From NCBI GenBank assembly GCA_964530955.1, contig CAZHCL010000001.1, positions 4,630 to 68,629 on the forward strand: a stretch of DNA of 64,000 nucleotides. Reading direction: 5' to 3'. Positions 47,741 to 58,566 of the stretch are shown here, one piece after another. A model generated the notes under the pieces. The model was not told where the DNA came from. It saw only the letters and a program-made list of their open reading frames with translations, and ran no database searches. The position numbers and the translations under genes are program-made. Origin of the DNA: Candidatus Woesearchaeota archaeon. Its GTDB lineage: Archaea > Nanobdellota > Nanobdellia > Pacearchaeales > GW2011-AR1. Positions within the stretch are counted from its first letter, which is position 1; each line of letters starts with the position of its first letter.

Positions 47741-50116
47741 ATGACTATGCCTAGATTTAAGGATATTAAGAATTGGTCCCCTGAAATAGAGAAACAAATA
47801 ACTTCTGAATGGGTTAAGTCTGATAAATTTAAGTTCAATGAAAAAACGAAAAAAAAGATTTATTCCATAGATACTCCTCCGCCTTATGTTAACACTCCAG
47901 TACATATCGGTCAGACAGTAACTTACTGCTACATGGATTTTTTTGCCCGCTACAGAAGAATGAAAGGATTTGAAGTCATTTTCCCTCTTGGACTTGATAG
48001 GAATGGTCTTCCGATCGAGATGGCTGCTGAGAAAAAGTTCAATGTTTCGCCATTTTTAATCGGAAGAGATAAGTTTATTGAATATTGCGAGCAACTTCTT
48101 AAACAAACTTCTTCTGAGACAACAAACACGTTTGAGAAGTTGGGAATTTCATTCACCTCTTACAAGCAAGGCGAACATATTGGAGCAGTTTACTTTACAG
48201 ATTCTCCAGAATATAGGGCGGTTACCCAGGCAACATTTATTGAACTATATAAAAAAGGATTAGTATATGAGGATACTAGAATAAATAACTGGGATCCTAG
48301 GTTGCAGACTACTATTGCTGATTCTGAAATAGAATATAAAGAAGTACCTTCTAATTTTAATCACGTTAAATGGCAAATAAAGGAAACTGGTGAGGAAATA
48401 ATAATTGCTACAACCCGCCCAGAACTTATATGTACATGCGGAATGATTATATATAATCCAAAAGATGAAAAATATGTAAATTTAAAGGGTAAAACGGCTG
48501 TTTCCCCCATATTTAACAAAGAAATACCTATCCAACCCCATCCATTGGCACAAATTGATAAAGGTTCAGGTCTTGTAATGATGTGTTCTGCTGGAGACTT
48601 ATCCGATATTCAATTTTTTAGAGAGATGAATCTAAAACCAAAAATAGCGATTGAAAAAGATGGCAGAATGAATGAATATGCTGGCAAATTTAAAGGATTA
48701 AAAGTTAAGGAAGCAAGACAGAAAATTATTGAAGAACTGAAATCAGAAGGATTGCTGATAAAGCAAGAACAGATAATGCACCGAACTCCAATATCTGAGC
48801 GTTCTGGCGCAGAGATAGAGTTCATAGAAATGCCTGAATTTTATCTTACACAGTTAAATATAAAAAATAAGATAAAAAAAATTTCCAGGGAAGTTGATTT
48901 TTACCCTCCAGAATCAAGAAAGATTCTTGATGATTGGATAGATTCAATCTCGATTGACTGGCCTATTTCAAGAAGAAGATATTACGCTACCCCGATACCA
49001 ATCTGGCATAGTAAAGATAGAAAAAAGATAGCATTGCCTTCTGCAGGAAATTACTATATTCCTTGGAAAGAATCTCCACCAAAAGATGCAGAAGTATATG
49101 AAAAAGGAAAATTAATAGGAAAATTAAAAGATTTTAAGGAAGAATGGTCTGGAGAAGAGAGAGTGTTTGATACATGGATGGACTCTTCAATTTCTGAGCT
49201 GGTCATGCTAAAATATAAATCAAATCCTGAATTCTTTAAGAAAGCATATCCTGCATCTCTCCGCCCACAGGGTAAGGAGATAATTAGAACTTGGCTTTAT
49301 TATACTCTTCTCAGAGGTTATCTGGAGACTGAAAAAGCATGCTTTAAAGATGTATGGATAAATCAACATATTGTTGATGAAAAGGGCAAGAAAATGTCAA
49401 AGTCAGTTGGAAATGTGGTTGATCCTCAGGAATTATTGAAAAAATTTGGTGGAGAAGCAATAAGACTCTGGGCATCTATAGAAGGAAATCTTGCTAAGCA
49501 GGACTTAAAATGCTCAGAAGATAAAATAAGAGCTGAAACAAAAACAATTAACAAACTTATAAATCTCACAAAATTCGTTTTGCAATTTAAAAGACCAAAA
49601 AAAGCAGATACTACTGCTCTTGACTCTCTGTTCATTGATTATATTGAAGACTTGACAGATTTTGCAGACAGACAATATGAAGAATATAATTTTTACCAGC
49701 CGGCGTTAAAGATAAGACAATTCCTTTGGGAAATATTTGCATCTCATTACATTGAGATAGTCAAAAATAGGGTCTATAATCAGGAAAAAAGATTCACACA
49801 ACGCGAGCAAGAATCTGCGCAATACACATTGTACTACCTTTTGGAAAGAATGCTCCTACTCCTTCATCCTATTGCACCACAAATAACTTCGGTTATTCTG
49901 GAAGAGTTGAATGTTGAAATAGAAGATTTTCCAAAGCCTAAAAAAATAAAGAGCGATTTGGGTTTGATTGAAAAGATAATGCAATTTAACAGCGAAGTAT
50001 GGAAGACTAAAAAAGATAAGGGCATTTCTTTGCGGGACCCTATATCTAATATGACCATTCCAAATGAAATAAAAATATTTGAATCAGATCTTAAAGCGTG
50101 CCATAACCTAGTTTAG
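47741..50116 (+). CDS. valS: valine--tRNA ligase (compact form)
   Basis: IDTPPPYVNTPVHIGQ (ValRS-type PPP...H-x-G-x) and KMSKSVGNVVDP; CP1 editing region; 791 aa. Confidence 0.75.
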   Translation: MTMPRFKDIKNWSPEIEKQITSEWVKSDKFKFNEKTKKKIYSIDTPPPYVNTPVHIGQTVTYCYMDFFARYRRMKGFEVIFPLGLDRNGLPIEMAAEKKFNVSPFLIGRDKFIEYCEQLLKQTSSETTNTFEKLGISFTSYKQGEHIGAVYFTDSPEYRAVTQATFIELYKKGLVYEDTRINNWDPRLQTTIADSEIEYKEVPSNFNHVKWQIKETGEEIIIATTRPELICTCGMIIYNPKDEKYVNLKGKTAVSPIFNKEIPIQPHPLAQIDKGSGLVMMCSAGDLSDIQFFREMNLKPKIAIEKDGRMNEYAGKFKGLKVKEARQKIIEELKSEGLLIKQEQIMHRTPISERSGAEIEFIEMPEFYLTQLNIKNKIKKISREVDFYPPESRKILDDWIDSISIDWPISRRRYYATPIPIWHSKDRKKIALPSAGNYYIPWKESPPKDAEVYEKGKLIGKLKDFKEEWSGEERVFDTWMDSSISELVMLKYKSNPEFFKKAYPASLRPQGKEIIRTWLYYTLLRGYLETEKACFKDVWINQHIVDEKGKKMSKSVGNVVDPQELLKKFGGEAIRLWASIEGNLAKQDLKCSEDKIRAETKTINKLINLTKFVLQFKRPKKADTTALDSLFIDYIEDLTDFADRQYEEYNFYQPALKIRQFLWEIFASHYIEIVKNRVYNQEKRFTQREQESAQYTLYYLLERMLLLLHPIAPQITSVILEELNVEIEDFPKPKKIKSDLGLIEKIMQFNSEVWKTKKDKGISLRDPISNMTIPNEIKIFESDLKACHNLV

Positions 50117-50153
50117 CGCATAGCTTTATTAATCATTCTTATATTTTATAATT

Positions 50154-51254
50154 ATGGAAATCGACCAAAAGAAAAGACAGGAACTTGAAGAACTTGTAAG
50201 CTTACTTGGAAGCATCAGAGGAAGTCATACTGAACTCGTAACTGTTCTTATTCCTGCAGGTACTAATATTCATCAAGTTTCAAACCAGCTCGCTGCAGAA
50301 GCAGGAACTGCTGAAAACATAAAATCCAAGTCAACAAGAACAGCAGTAGTCACTGCTCTTGAAACGATTATAAGAAAATTAAAAGACTATAAACAGACTC
50401 CTCCTCATGGACTTGCTATTTTCTGCGGAAATATTTCTGAGAAAGAAGGCGTTCAGGATGTGAAAATATGGTCCTATGAGCCTCCAAGACCCTTGAACGT
50501 AAGAATTTATAGATGCGATAAAACATTTGTCGTTGAACCTTTAAAAGAAATGCTTGAAGTTCAGGAGGTTTATGGTTTACTTGCAATAGACAGACAGGAA
50601 GCGACTATCGGAGTTCTTGAGGGTAAGCAAATTAAGGTCATAAGAAAGCTTAGCTCTGGAGTTCCAGGAAAAGTTAGGGCGGGAGGGCAGTCATCCCAAA
50701 GATTTGCTAGAATAACAGAAGGACTTGCAAAAGAGTTTTTTAGGAGGGTCTCGGATTCTATGAAAGAAATATTTTTTGACATGCCAAAGCTAAAGGGAAT
50801 ACTTGTTGGCGGACCAATTCCTACAAAAGAAGAATTTCTTGAGTTAGGAGATTTGGTTACAAAGTTAAAAGAAAAAGTAATTGCTGTTAAGGATATAGGA
50901 TACACTGATGAGCATGGTCTAAGATTACTTGTTGAGGCATCTCAGGAAGATTTGTCAGAGCAAGAGTTGATGAAGGAGAAAGATATAGTAAATAAATTCC
51001 TTGAGACTCTTGGAAAGCACAGAGAAAAGGCATCCTATGGTCTTGAAAAAACATCTTTGGCATTGGAAAGGGGAGCAGTTGAAAAACTCCTTTTATCGAA
51101 AAAACTTGATAAAAGAGAGACTCTGGAATTAGAGAAGAAAGCTGAGAATATTGGTTCTGAAGTTTTTATAATTTCTACTGAAACTGAAGAGGGTGAGCAA
51201 TTTTATAATATAACCAAGGGGATAGGCGCCATTTTAAGATTTCAAATTGAATAA
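50154..51254 (+). CDS. prf1: peptide chain release factor aRF1
   Basis: GGQS motif (VRAGGQSSQRFAR); eRF1 domains 1-3. Confidence 0.85.
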   Translation: MEIDQKKRQELEELVSLLGSIRGSHTELVTVLIPAGTNIHQVSNQLAAEAGTAENIKSKSTRTAVVTALETIIRKLKDYKQTPPHGLAIFCGNISEKEGVQDVKIWSYEPPRPLNVRIYRCDKTFVVEPLKEMLEVQEVYGLLAIDRQEATIGVLEGKQIKVIRKLSSGVPGKVRAGGQSSQRFARITEGLAKEFFRRVSDSMKEIFFDMPKLKGILVGGPIPTKEEFLELGDLVTKLKEKVIAVKDIGYTDEHGLRLLVEASQEDLSEQELMKEKDIVNKFLETLGKHREKASYGLEKTSLALERGAVEKLLLSKKLDKRETLELEKKAENIGSEVFIISTETEEGEQFYNITKGIGAILRFQIE

Positions 51255-51340
51255 TAGCTGATTAGAATTGATTTTGAGTAATATTAAAGATGATATCTAA
51301 AAACAACAAACCATTTAAACGTAAATTACAATAGAATCCA

Positions 51341-53368
51341 ATGGAACCTGTCCTTCAAAAGAAAAAAAAGCAGGAAGAACTGCTGCTAGAGGCAAAGAAC
51401 TTTTTTGATGCTTATAAGAAAGAAATAAGCGATTCTTTAAGAGAGGGAGATAAAATTGTTCATTTAATCTTCCAAAATCTTATTGAGCATTCTCCAACAC
51501 TATCCGATGCAGTTATAGAAGACCCTCAACAAACTCTTGCTATATTAGAGACCGCACTGGATGAAGCAGGATTCATAAAAAATCCAAGAGTGAGACTGCA
51601 GGAGCTCCCTATTTCAGTCAAAATAAAGATAAGAGAGATAAGAGCTAAACATCTTGACCAGCTTCTTTGGATTGAAGGAATAATCAGGCAGGCTTCTGAA
51701 GTTAGACCGCAGGTTGTGAATGCTAAATTTGAATGCCCAAACTGCGGAGCTTTACTTTCAGTTTTACAAATAGATAATAAATTTAGGGAACCTTCTAGAT
51801 GTACCTGCGGATGGAAGAGTGCATTCAGACTTATATCTAAAGAAATGGTTGACACTCAGAGATTAGTAATTGAAGAGTCTCCAGATTCACTTGATGGAGG
51901 AGAACAGCCAAGAAGAATCAATGTATTCCTTCAGGAGGATCTTGTTGACCCAAAAATGGAAGAAAGAACTACTCCTGGAAGTAAGGTTAAAATATTTGGT
52001 ATTTTGAAAGAAGTTCCAATACCGTTGAAGACAGGCTCAATTTCAACAAGATATGACATTGCAGTGGAAGCGAATAATATAATCCCCTTGGAAGAATCAT
52101 TTGAAGATCTTAATATAACTGAAGAAGAGGAAGACCAAATAATTCAAATGGCTGCTGATCCAATTATATACGACCGCCTGGCAAAAAGCATTGCTCCAAG
52201 TATTTATGGATTTGATAAAATAAAAGAAGCAGTACTTCTTCAAATGTTTGGTGGAATAAAAAAGTCAAAATCTGATGGAGGAAGCACCAGAGGGGATATT
52301 CACATACTTCTTGTCGGAGATCCGGGAGTTGCAAAGTCAGTAATGCTTAAATTTATCTCAATAATTGCCCCTAAAGGAAGATATGTTTCTGGTAAAGCGG
52401 CAACTTCTGCAGGCCTGACTGCTGCCGTCGTGAAAGACGAGTTCCTTAGGGGATGGAGCTTAGAGGCAGGAGCTATGGTATTGTCTAATAAGGGAACTGT
52501 CTGTATAGATGAAATAGAAAAGATGAATGAGCAAGATAGAAGCGCGATGCATGAGGCGATGGAACAGCAAACAGTTACTATTTCGAAAGCGAATATTCAC
52601 GCAAGCCTTAGAGCTGAAACTACTGTTCTTGCTGCGGGAAACCCTAAAATGGGAAGATTTAATCCCTATGTTCCAATTCCTGAGCAGATAGATATCTCTC
52701 CAGCTTTACTTAGCAGATTTGATGTTATTTTTGTAATAAAAGACTTGCCTAATAAAATTCAGGATGAAGCAATTGCTTCACACGTTTTGGAAGAACACAA
52801 GCAGGAAGTTATCAGAGATACGATTCCTCCAAAACTTTTAAGAAAATATATTTCATATGCTAAACAAAAATTTAAACCTAAATTAACTGATGAAGCAATA
52901 GAGGAAATAAAGGATTTTTATGTCAAATTAAGGGGACAATCGGTTAACAGTGATGCTGCAATAAAGCCAATCCCTATTACTGCTAGACAATTAGAAGGAA
53001 TAATCAGATTATCAGAAGCACGAGCTAAAGTAAGATTAAGCAAGGAAGTTAAAAGAGAGGATGCAAAAATAGCTATTGAACTTTTGAAGACTTCTTTAAC
53101 ACAGGTAGGTTATGATGAAGAAACCAAGACATTTGACATTGACAAAATAACCTCTGGTATTTCAGCAGGTAAAAGAAATAAAATAATGATAGTAAGAGAG
53201 ACTATTGCTCAGCTTGAAACACGTCTAGGAAAGCTGATTCCTACGGAGGAACTTGAAAAAGCCATCCAGGGAAAGATGTCTTCTCTTGAATTAGAGGATG
53301 CTATAAATCAACTTTCTAAATCAGGAGATATATTTAAACCTAAAAAGGGATTCATACAGAAATTATAA
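51341..53368 (+). CDS. mcm: MCM replicative helicase
   Basis: Zinc finger CPNCG...CTCG, Walker A GDPGVAKS, Walker B CIDEIEKM, arginine finger SRFD, C-terminal wH. Confidence 0.9.
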   Translation: MEPVLQKKKKQEELLLEAKNFFDAYKKEISDSLREGDKIVHLIFQNLIEHSPTLSDAVIEDPQQTLAILETALDEAGFIKNPRVRLQELPISVKIKIREIRAKHLDQLLWIEGIIRQASEVRPQVVNAKFECPNCGALLSVLQIDNKFREPSRCTCGWKSAFRLISKEMVDTQRLVIEESPDSLDGGEQPRRINVFLQEDLVDPKMEERTTPGSKVKIFGILKEVPIPLKTGSISTRYDIAVEANNIIPLEESFEDLNITEEEEDQIIQMAADPIIYDRLAKSIAPSIYGFDKIKEAVLLQMFGGIKKSKSDGGSTRGDIHILLVGDPGVAKSVMLKFISIIAPKGRYVSGKAATSAGLTAAVVKDEFLRGWSLEAGAMVLSNKGTVCIDEIEKMNEQDRSAMHEAMEQQTVTISKANIHASLRAETTVLAAGNPKMGRFNPYVPIPEQIDISPALLSRFDVIFVIKDLPNKIQDEAIASHVLEEHKQEVIRDTIPPKLLRKYISYAKQKFKPKLTDEAIEEIKDFYVKLRGQSVNSDAAIKPIPITARQLEGIIRLSEARAKVRLSKEVKREDAKIAIELLKTSLTQVGYDEETKTFDIDKITSGISAGKRNKIMIVRETIAQLETRLGKLIPTEELEKAIQGKMSSLELEDAINQLSKSGDIFKPKKGFIQKL

Positions 53369-53397
53369 TTGAATACCTAAAAACTTAAAAGGCCTGA

Positions 53398-54051
53398 TTG
53401 TTAAATCAAATAAAAATGGAAAACACACAAGTTCAACCAAGCACTTCACCTAAAAGAAATACTGCCTACAAGTTAAGAGTAGGAACAATAATGTCGGCAA
53501 AGCAGAATCTTGAAGGTGAAAAGCTAAAAAATATTCAAATAGCTGATAAAATGATAGTGAGAGTCAATGTTATAGCTAATGTGACTGACAAATATATTCA
53601 GGAAGGCGAGAAGAAATTTGGTTCCATAACTCTCGACGATGGAACTGGTCAGATAAAGGCTAAAGCTTTTGGGGATGATGTTGAGTCCTTCTTTTCAGAG
53701 CTTAATCAGGGAGACACGACGATGGTCTTAGGTCTTTTACGCTCTTGGAATAATGAATTGTACATTTCTCCAGAGATAATAAAGAAAAAAGATCCTTCTT
53801 TTCTCCTTGTCAGAAAGCTTGAAGCGGAGTCTGAGGAAGTAAAAGTTCAGGATAAGGTGCAAATGACCGTACTTAAAGATAAGATACTTAGTATGATAAA
53901 AGAGGCTGAAAAGGACGGAGGAATAGATACTGAAAAAATTTCCAGAGAACTTAAAGAAAATCCAGATGTAGTAAATCAGGAAATAAAGAAATTCCTTGAA
54001 GAAGGAATAGCTTATGAGCCAAGACCTGGAAAAGTCAGATATCTTGGTTAA
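53398..54051 (+). CDS. OB-fold plus C-terminal winged-helix protein (RPA32-like ssDNA-binding candidate)
   Basis: OB-like GSITLDDGTGQIKAKAFGDD...; C-terminal wH-like region; immediately downstream of mcm. Confidence 0.4.
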   Translation: MLNQIKMENTQVQPSTSPKRNTAYKLRVGTIMSAKQNLEGEKLKNIQIADKMIVRVNVIANVTDKYIQEGEKKFGSITLDDGTGQIKAKAFGDDVESFFSELNQGDTTMVLGLLRSWNNELYISPEIIKKKDPSFLLVRKLEAESEEVKVQDKVQMTVLKDKILSMIKEAEKDGGIDTEKISRELKENPDVVNQEIKKFLEEGIAYEPRPGKVRYLG

Positions 54052-54582
54052 ATGTACCACAGAAAATTTAATAGTGTAATGTCTCAGTTAAACGAAATTT
54101 GGGCGGCGAATGCCCTAAATATGAATGTTAATCTCCATCCAGGTATTGATCTGCTGGGAGAAGAAAAAAATGTTGAAGTAAAATTTAATCTCCAAGCCAG
54201 AGGCATTTATAGGCACCGCTCATGGAGAGTATTAGACCATGAATTAGCTTATCAAAATGGAAAATCTTGTTTTTGGGCTCTTGGTTTCTATTGGTTAACC
54301 GATGATGTTGCAAATATTAATGTGCAGACTCAACTGGCTCTTGAAAGAAGAGTTACCGAAAGAGAATTGTTTATTGTTGGATGGGATTGGATGAATAGAT
54401 TTGATAGGTATCACGAATCCGGAGAAACAAGAAAATCAAAATGGAATAACTGTTTAAGGTTTCCCAAATATAACCAATTGCCTTCAGTAGTGAATACTTA
54501 CAAAGTAAAAAATGGAAGAGTTCACTTGACAGAAGGAGTTGACCCTAGTTTTTTCAAAGATATGAAAATAATTTCACCTTAA
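54052..54582 (+). CDS. hypothetical protein, possible PD-(D/E)XK nuclease-like
   Basis: GIDLLGEEKNVEVKF resembles D...(D/E)xK; higher GC than its neighbours. Confidence 0.3.
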   Translation: MYHRKFNSVMSQLNEIWAANALNMNVNLHPGIDLLGEEKNVEVKFNLQARGIYRHRSWRVLDHELAYQNGKSCFWALGFYWLTDDVANINVQTQLALERRVTERELFIVGWDWMNRFDRYHESGETRKSKWNNCLRFPKYNQLPSVVNTYKVKNGRVHLTEGVDPSFFKDMKIISP

Positions 54583-55164
54583 CTTTTTCAGTGCAAGATA
54601 TATTGCAGCAATAACTAACAGGGCAAGAACTATTATTACTGCCAATTTGTCGTCAAAATTCTTAACTGCTGCCTCTATAACCAAAATAGCTCCTGCGGGA
54701 AGTGCAATTATTTGAAGCAGAAGTGTTGGAATGAAAAGCCCTAAAACGACAAGAATAAAGCCTATTATCGCAAAAATAAAGAAGCTTACTCTATTGTAAC
54801 TCTTTGTGTCCGTATCTAGTTGTTTTGCACAGAAGTCACATTGCTTAAGAGCAACAGTACATCCATTATCATTATACTGATAAATAGGCGAACCTCCTTG
54901 AGCAGTACAAGAATCAACCTGATTATTTAAAGTCGAATTGAAAAAACAAGAGGCATTTGTTTCTGGCTGAGGAAGGTAGGGTTTTGCAGGATAGGAATAA
55001 TAATAGTTGGAAGAAGAATTACAGTATTTGTTATACTCTGGAGCAGGATAGGAATAGCTTACAATTAGATTTACCAGAGTTATCACCATTATTGCAATAA
55101 AAATTCCTACAATTATTGTCAGAGCAAGTGTTCGGCCATGTATTGGATGTTTGTTCTCAGGCAT
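54574..55164 (-). CDS. membrane protein with Cys-rich extracytoplasmic segment
   Basis: N-terminal TM, 8 Cys, two C-terminal TMs. Confidence 0.4.
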   Translation of the reverse strand: MPENKHPIHGRTLALTIIVGIFIAIMVITLVNLIVSYSYPAPEYNKYCNSSSNYYYSYPAKPYLPQPETNASCFFNSTLNNQVDSCTAQGGSPIYQYNDNGCTVALKQCDFCAKQLDTDTKSYNRVSFFIFAIIGFILVVLGLFIPTLLLQIIALPAGAILVIEAAVKNFDDKLAVIIVLALLVIAAIYLALKKLR

Positions 55165-55214
55165 CTAATTATTAGATAAATAAAGCTTATAAACCTTATT
55201 TTACGCAGAGTATT

Positions 55215-55625
55215 ATGGAATCTTATGACTCATTGCTTGAGAAAGCTTATTCTAAAGTAAAAGTGGTCAAATCTTCAGGTGAAAGATTTGAAATACCTAA
55301 AGTTACTGGGCAAGTTCAGGGTAAAAATACAATAATAACTAATATAACTTCTATAGCAAATTATCTTAGACGCCCTGTTGACCAAATTTCAAAATTCCTT
55401 CAGAAGGAACTAGCTGCTTCAGGTAAAATAGAAAACGAGAGGCTTATCTTAAATACTAAATTGGGTTCAGATAAAGTAAATGACAAAGTTGCTCTTTACA
55501 CCAAAGAATTTGTTATCTGCCCTGAATGTTCAAAGCCAGATACTGAAATTATAGTCGATAAAGGAGTAAAATTCAAGCATTGCCTTGCATGCGGGGCTAA
55601 ATCACCCATAAAAAGGAAATTATAA
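55215..55625 (+). CDS. eif2b: translation initiation factor aIF2 beta subunit
   Basis: Helical N-domain plus C4 zinc ribbon CPEC...CLAC. Confidence 0.85.
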   Translation: MESYDSLLEKAYSKVKVVKSSGERFEIPKVTGQVQGKNTIITNITSIANYLRRPVDQISKFLQKELAASGKIENERLILNTKLGSDKVNDKVALYTKEFVICPECSKPDTEIIVDKGVKFKHCLACGAKSPIKRKL

Positions 55626-55924
55626 TGATATCAGTAAAAATACATAAATCCTACAGAACGGTAGTGGCAATGTGTGATTCTGAGCTGTTAGGGAAAAAAT
55701 TTGAGGAAGGAATAAGACAGCTTGATGTTAGGACAAATTTTTACAATGGGGAAGAAGTTAGTGAAGAAAAGGCTTTAGAAATAATGCAAAATTACGGCAT
55801 AGAGGACGCAACCTTCAATATAGTGGGAGATAATTCTGTTAGACTTGCAATACAAGCAGGAATTATTGGAGAAGAATCTTCTGCTAAAATTCAGAATATA
55901 CCTTTTGCTTTAAAATTACTTTAA
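55625..55924 (+). CDS. DUF424-family protein
   Basis: 99-aa ORF overlapping the aIF2beta stop (ATGA-like), the usual DUF424 position. Confidence 0.45.
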   Translation: MISVKIHKSYRTVVAMCDSELLGKKFEEGIRQLDVRTNFYNGEEVSEEKALEIMQNYGIEDATFNIVGDNSVRLAIQAGIIGEESSAKIQNIPFALKLL

Positions 55925-55926
55925 AA

Positions 55927-56829
55927 TTAATTTCTTTTGAGTGCCTGTAATCTCAAAGCATTCTTCTTTTTCTTATTTCTTGATCTGATTACGAGCCAAA
56001 CAATGATGCCTATTACTATTAGCAATACAATTATGAAGGTATAATTTGTACTTTTTTGGTCTTTTATTCTTCCGGTGAATAACTCTGGATCAAAATTAAC
56101 TGCCTTTGTTAATTCTCTTCTGACTCCGATATTATCATTGTATTTAATGTCTAAGGAAATAGCTCCTTTCTTTGGAATTCCCTCGAAGGTGAATGAAGTA
56201 TCATCTCCACTATTAAAACTGCCCAAGATATTTCTTGTATTGCCCTTAACACTGAAGTTTTCCTGATTAGGTAAATCAACAGTCAATCCTTCAACATTAT
56301 TTTTTCCTATGTTCAGAATTTCAAAAGTTGCGGTCTGAGTAGTATAGTCATAGTCTTTTATTGAAACTTCAAAATCACTTTTTGTATCATTTACCGCTAA
56401 GTTTAATTTCTTAAGAAAATATGTTGGCTGGGCTACTTGATTGTTTGGAGAGTATTTTACCCATAATTCGTTATCTCCGTTTAGTGCTGTTTCATTGACT
56501 CTTACTTTAAATGGAACAAGTGCAAAAGAACCATAATTACTTACATATGTACCTGATTGCAGAATCAGGCTGGTATTTGCTCCAGGATCAAAACTTATAG
56601 GATAATCGTTAATTAGTTCGAAATAAAAATTTCCGCAATTTGAATTATCAAGACCATCTACCTGAAATACAAGTTTTACATACTCTCCAGGTATTGCTGG
56701 ATAGGGATCTTGATTAAGAAGACTTATTGAAGGATTACATGCACCTACATTTGCCTGAGAAGCGCCAGTCATCCCAATCAACATTGCAGTTGCAATAAAT
56801 ATAATTGCGAAATTTATCACCTTTTTCAT
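55927..56829 (-). CDS. secreted beta-rich protein with C-terminal TM anchor and basic tail
   Basis: Signal peptide; C-terminal IIVLLIVIGIIVWLVIRSRNKKKK. Confidence 0.5.
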   Translation of the reverse strand: MKKVINFAIIFIATAMLIGMTGASQANVGACNPSISLLNQDPYPAIPGEYVKLVFQVDGLDNSNCGNFYFELINDYPISFDPGANTSLILQSGTYVSNYGSFALVPFKVRVNETALNGDNELWVKYSPNNQVAQPTYFLKKLNLAVNDTKSDFEVSIKDYDYTTQTATFEILNIGKNNVEGLTVDLPNQENFSVKGNTRNILGSFNSGDDTSFTFEGIPKKGAISLDIKYNDNIGVRRELTKAVNFDPELFTGRIKDQKSTNYTFIIVLLIVIGIIVWLVIRSRNKKKKNALRLQALKRN

Positions 56830-56898
56830 ATATTAATTTAGATAATAATTGTTTTAAACCTTTCTATGACTTATATTGACGACAAAAATAAAATTTGT

Positions 56899-58458
56899 TT
56901 AAGCCTTCGTGTTATTTATATAGGCTATTTCGGCAGCAGGCAAGACTTTGTTGTAAATTCTTATCTGGTCAATTGTTCCATTGAAATATTCACTTCCAAA
57001 GTTCGTTCTTCCTATCATCAAATAGGCACTAGAATCGATAGGAGGTGAATTTGTTAATGAAGAATTAGCTACATTGACTCCGTCGAGGTAAAACTGCACT
57101 GCTGAAGAGCTGACTACCCATGCTCCATGATGCCAAACTCCTATACTCGGACTTACGCCTGATTCTTTCCACCCGTTAGGAGAAGAGTCCCAGTAATCAA
57201 AGAAGTTACCTATAGCATTTCTTCTCGCAATGAAGTTGACTCTGTTTTTAGTTGAGCCACCAGCTATTGAAAGAAGACCATAATGCTGATTTTGTATTCC
57301 AGAATTGATTCTGAACCAAATTGATACTGTAAAATTACTCTGCCCTAAGTTCGAAAACACCGGAGAAGATGACACGTTTATGTACTGATCTACTCCATTG
57401 AAATAATATGTCCCACCAGATATTCCTCCTCCGAATGGAAGGCTCGTTATTCCTGTGTTATTGTATGTTGAGCCATTAATTCCATTTCCGGAATAATCAG
57501 TTACTGTTGATGAACCTAAGTCTTCAGGGTAATAGGCAACCAGTGAACTCGTTAAATCGTATAGTGAATATGTTGTACTACCTACGCCAGAAGCAATTTG
57601 GAAAAGAGTATTATTAGTGGAACTCGTTGCAATTACTTCAAAAGTGTAATTGGTTCCATTCTTCAATCCTATTATTCTAGCTGGTAAAAATGATGACAAG
57701 GGCAACATGTTTCCAAAGGTCTGTACGCTCATATTTGGAGTTGATAAATAATGTACTCCACCGTCAGTGGAAAGATAAATGTCATAGGTATCTGCGCCAG
57801 TTGCGTTGTTCCAAGTCAGATCAATTTCAGAAGCTGAAACATTTGTTGCTACTAAACCGAATGGATTTGTTCCTGGTCCATTCCCGCTTTGATTGGTGTT
57901 ATTCCCTCCATTATTACTTCCATTGTTAGGAGGATTAGGATTTCCTTGAGGATTATTATTTGTTAGTGAAAGACTGGGATTACAATTTATTTTCTGTGAT
58001 TGAGGACAGTTGATGATATTTCCATTTGTTCCTCTGAGAGTTACTGTGACGGCAACTGAATCAGGACTTGAAGTAGAACCAAGATATCCTCCTGCAACCT
58101 GTAAGGGATCAGACAAATCATAACTTCTAGTGTCCAAAATATTTGGCAAGGAAAGAACGCTCCTCACTTCAGTTATTGATGATTTGTAGAATATAAGACT
58201 TAAATTAATTATATTTCCGGGTGCGCTGTTTCTTTTTACAAGGACTACTGGGTTGGCAGGACCAGGAGAAGTAGAATTATATGAACATTTAGAGGTGACA
58301 ACTTGAATTTGCTGGCACGAAACTGAAGATGAAATTTGGTTTGCTCCTTTATTGACTGTATTTAAAACAACAACACCGATTATCGCAATAGCGACAACAA
58401 CAAGCAAGATTACCAATACTGTAGAAATTACACTACTTATCCCCTTTTTTGACATCAT
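56899..58458 (-). CDS. type IV pilin-like protein (class III signal peptide) with C-terminal concanavalin-A/LamG-like lectin domain
   Basis: MMSKKGISSVISTVLVILLVVVAIAIIG N-terminus; C-terminal FNGTIDQIRIYNKVLPAAEI LamG-type motif; poly-Asn/Gly/Pro linker. Confidence 0.65.
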   Translation of the reverse strand: MMSKKGISSVISTVLVILLVVVAIAIIGVVVLNTVNKGANQISSSVSCQQIQVVTSKCSYNSTSPGPANPVVLVKRNSAPGNIINLSLIFYKSSITEVRSVLSLPNILDTRSYDLSDPLQVAGGYLGSTSSPDSVAVTVTLRGTNGNIINCPQSQKINCNPSLSLTNNNPQGNPNPPNNGSNNGGNNTNQSGNGPGTNPFGLVATNVSASEIDLTWNNATGADTYDIYLSTDGGVHYLSTPNMSVQTFGNMLPLSSFLPARIIGLKNGTNYTFEVIATSSTNNTLFQIASGVGSTTYSLYDLTSSLVAYYPEDLGSSTVTDYSGNGINGSTYNNTGITSLPFGGGISGGTYYFNGVDQYINVSSSPVFSNLGQSNFTVSIWFRINSGIQNQHYGLLSIAGGSTKNRVNFIARRNAIGNFFDYWDSSPNGWKESGVSPSIGVWHHGAWVVSSSAVQFYLDGVNVANSSLTNSPPIDSSAYLMIGRTNFGSEYFNGTIDQIRIYNKVLPAAEIAYINNTKA

Positions 58459-58566
58459 CTTACTATTTTTTATGGACTATTCTCTTTATAAAACTTTCTC
58501 AGAAGCTAGTCTTGTTGAATTTAATGCCTTCAAAAGCTATTTAAAAGTTCTTTTGCTTCAATTATT

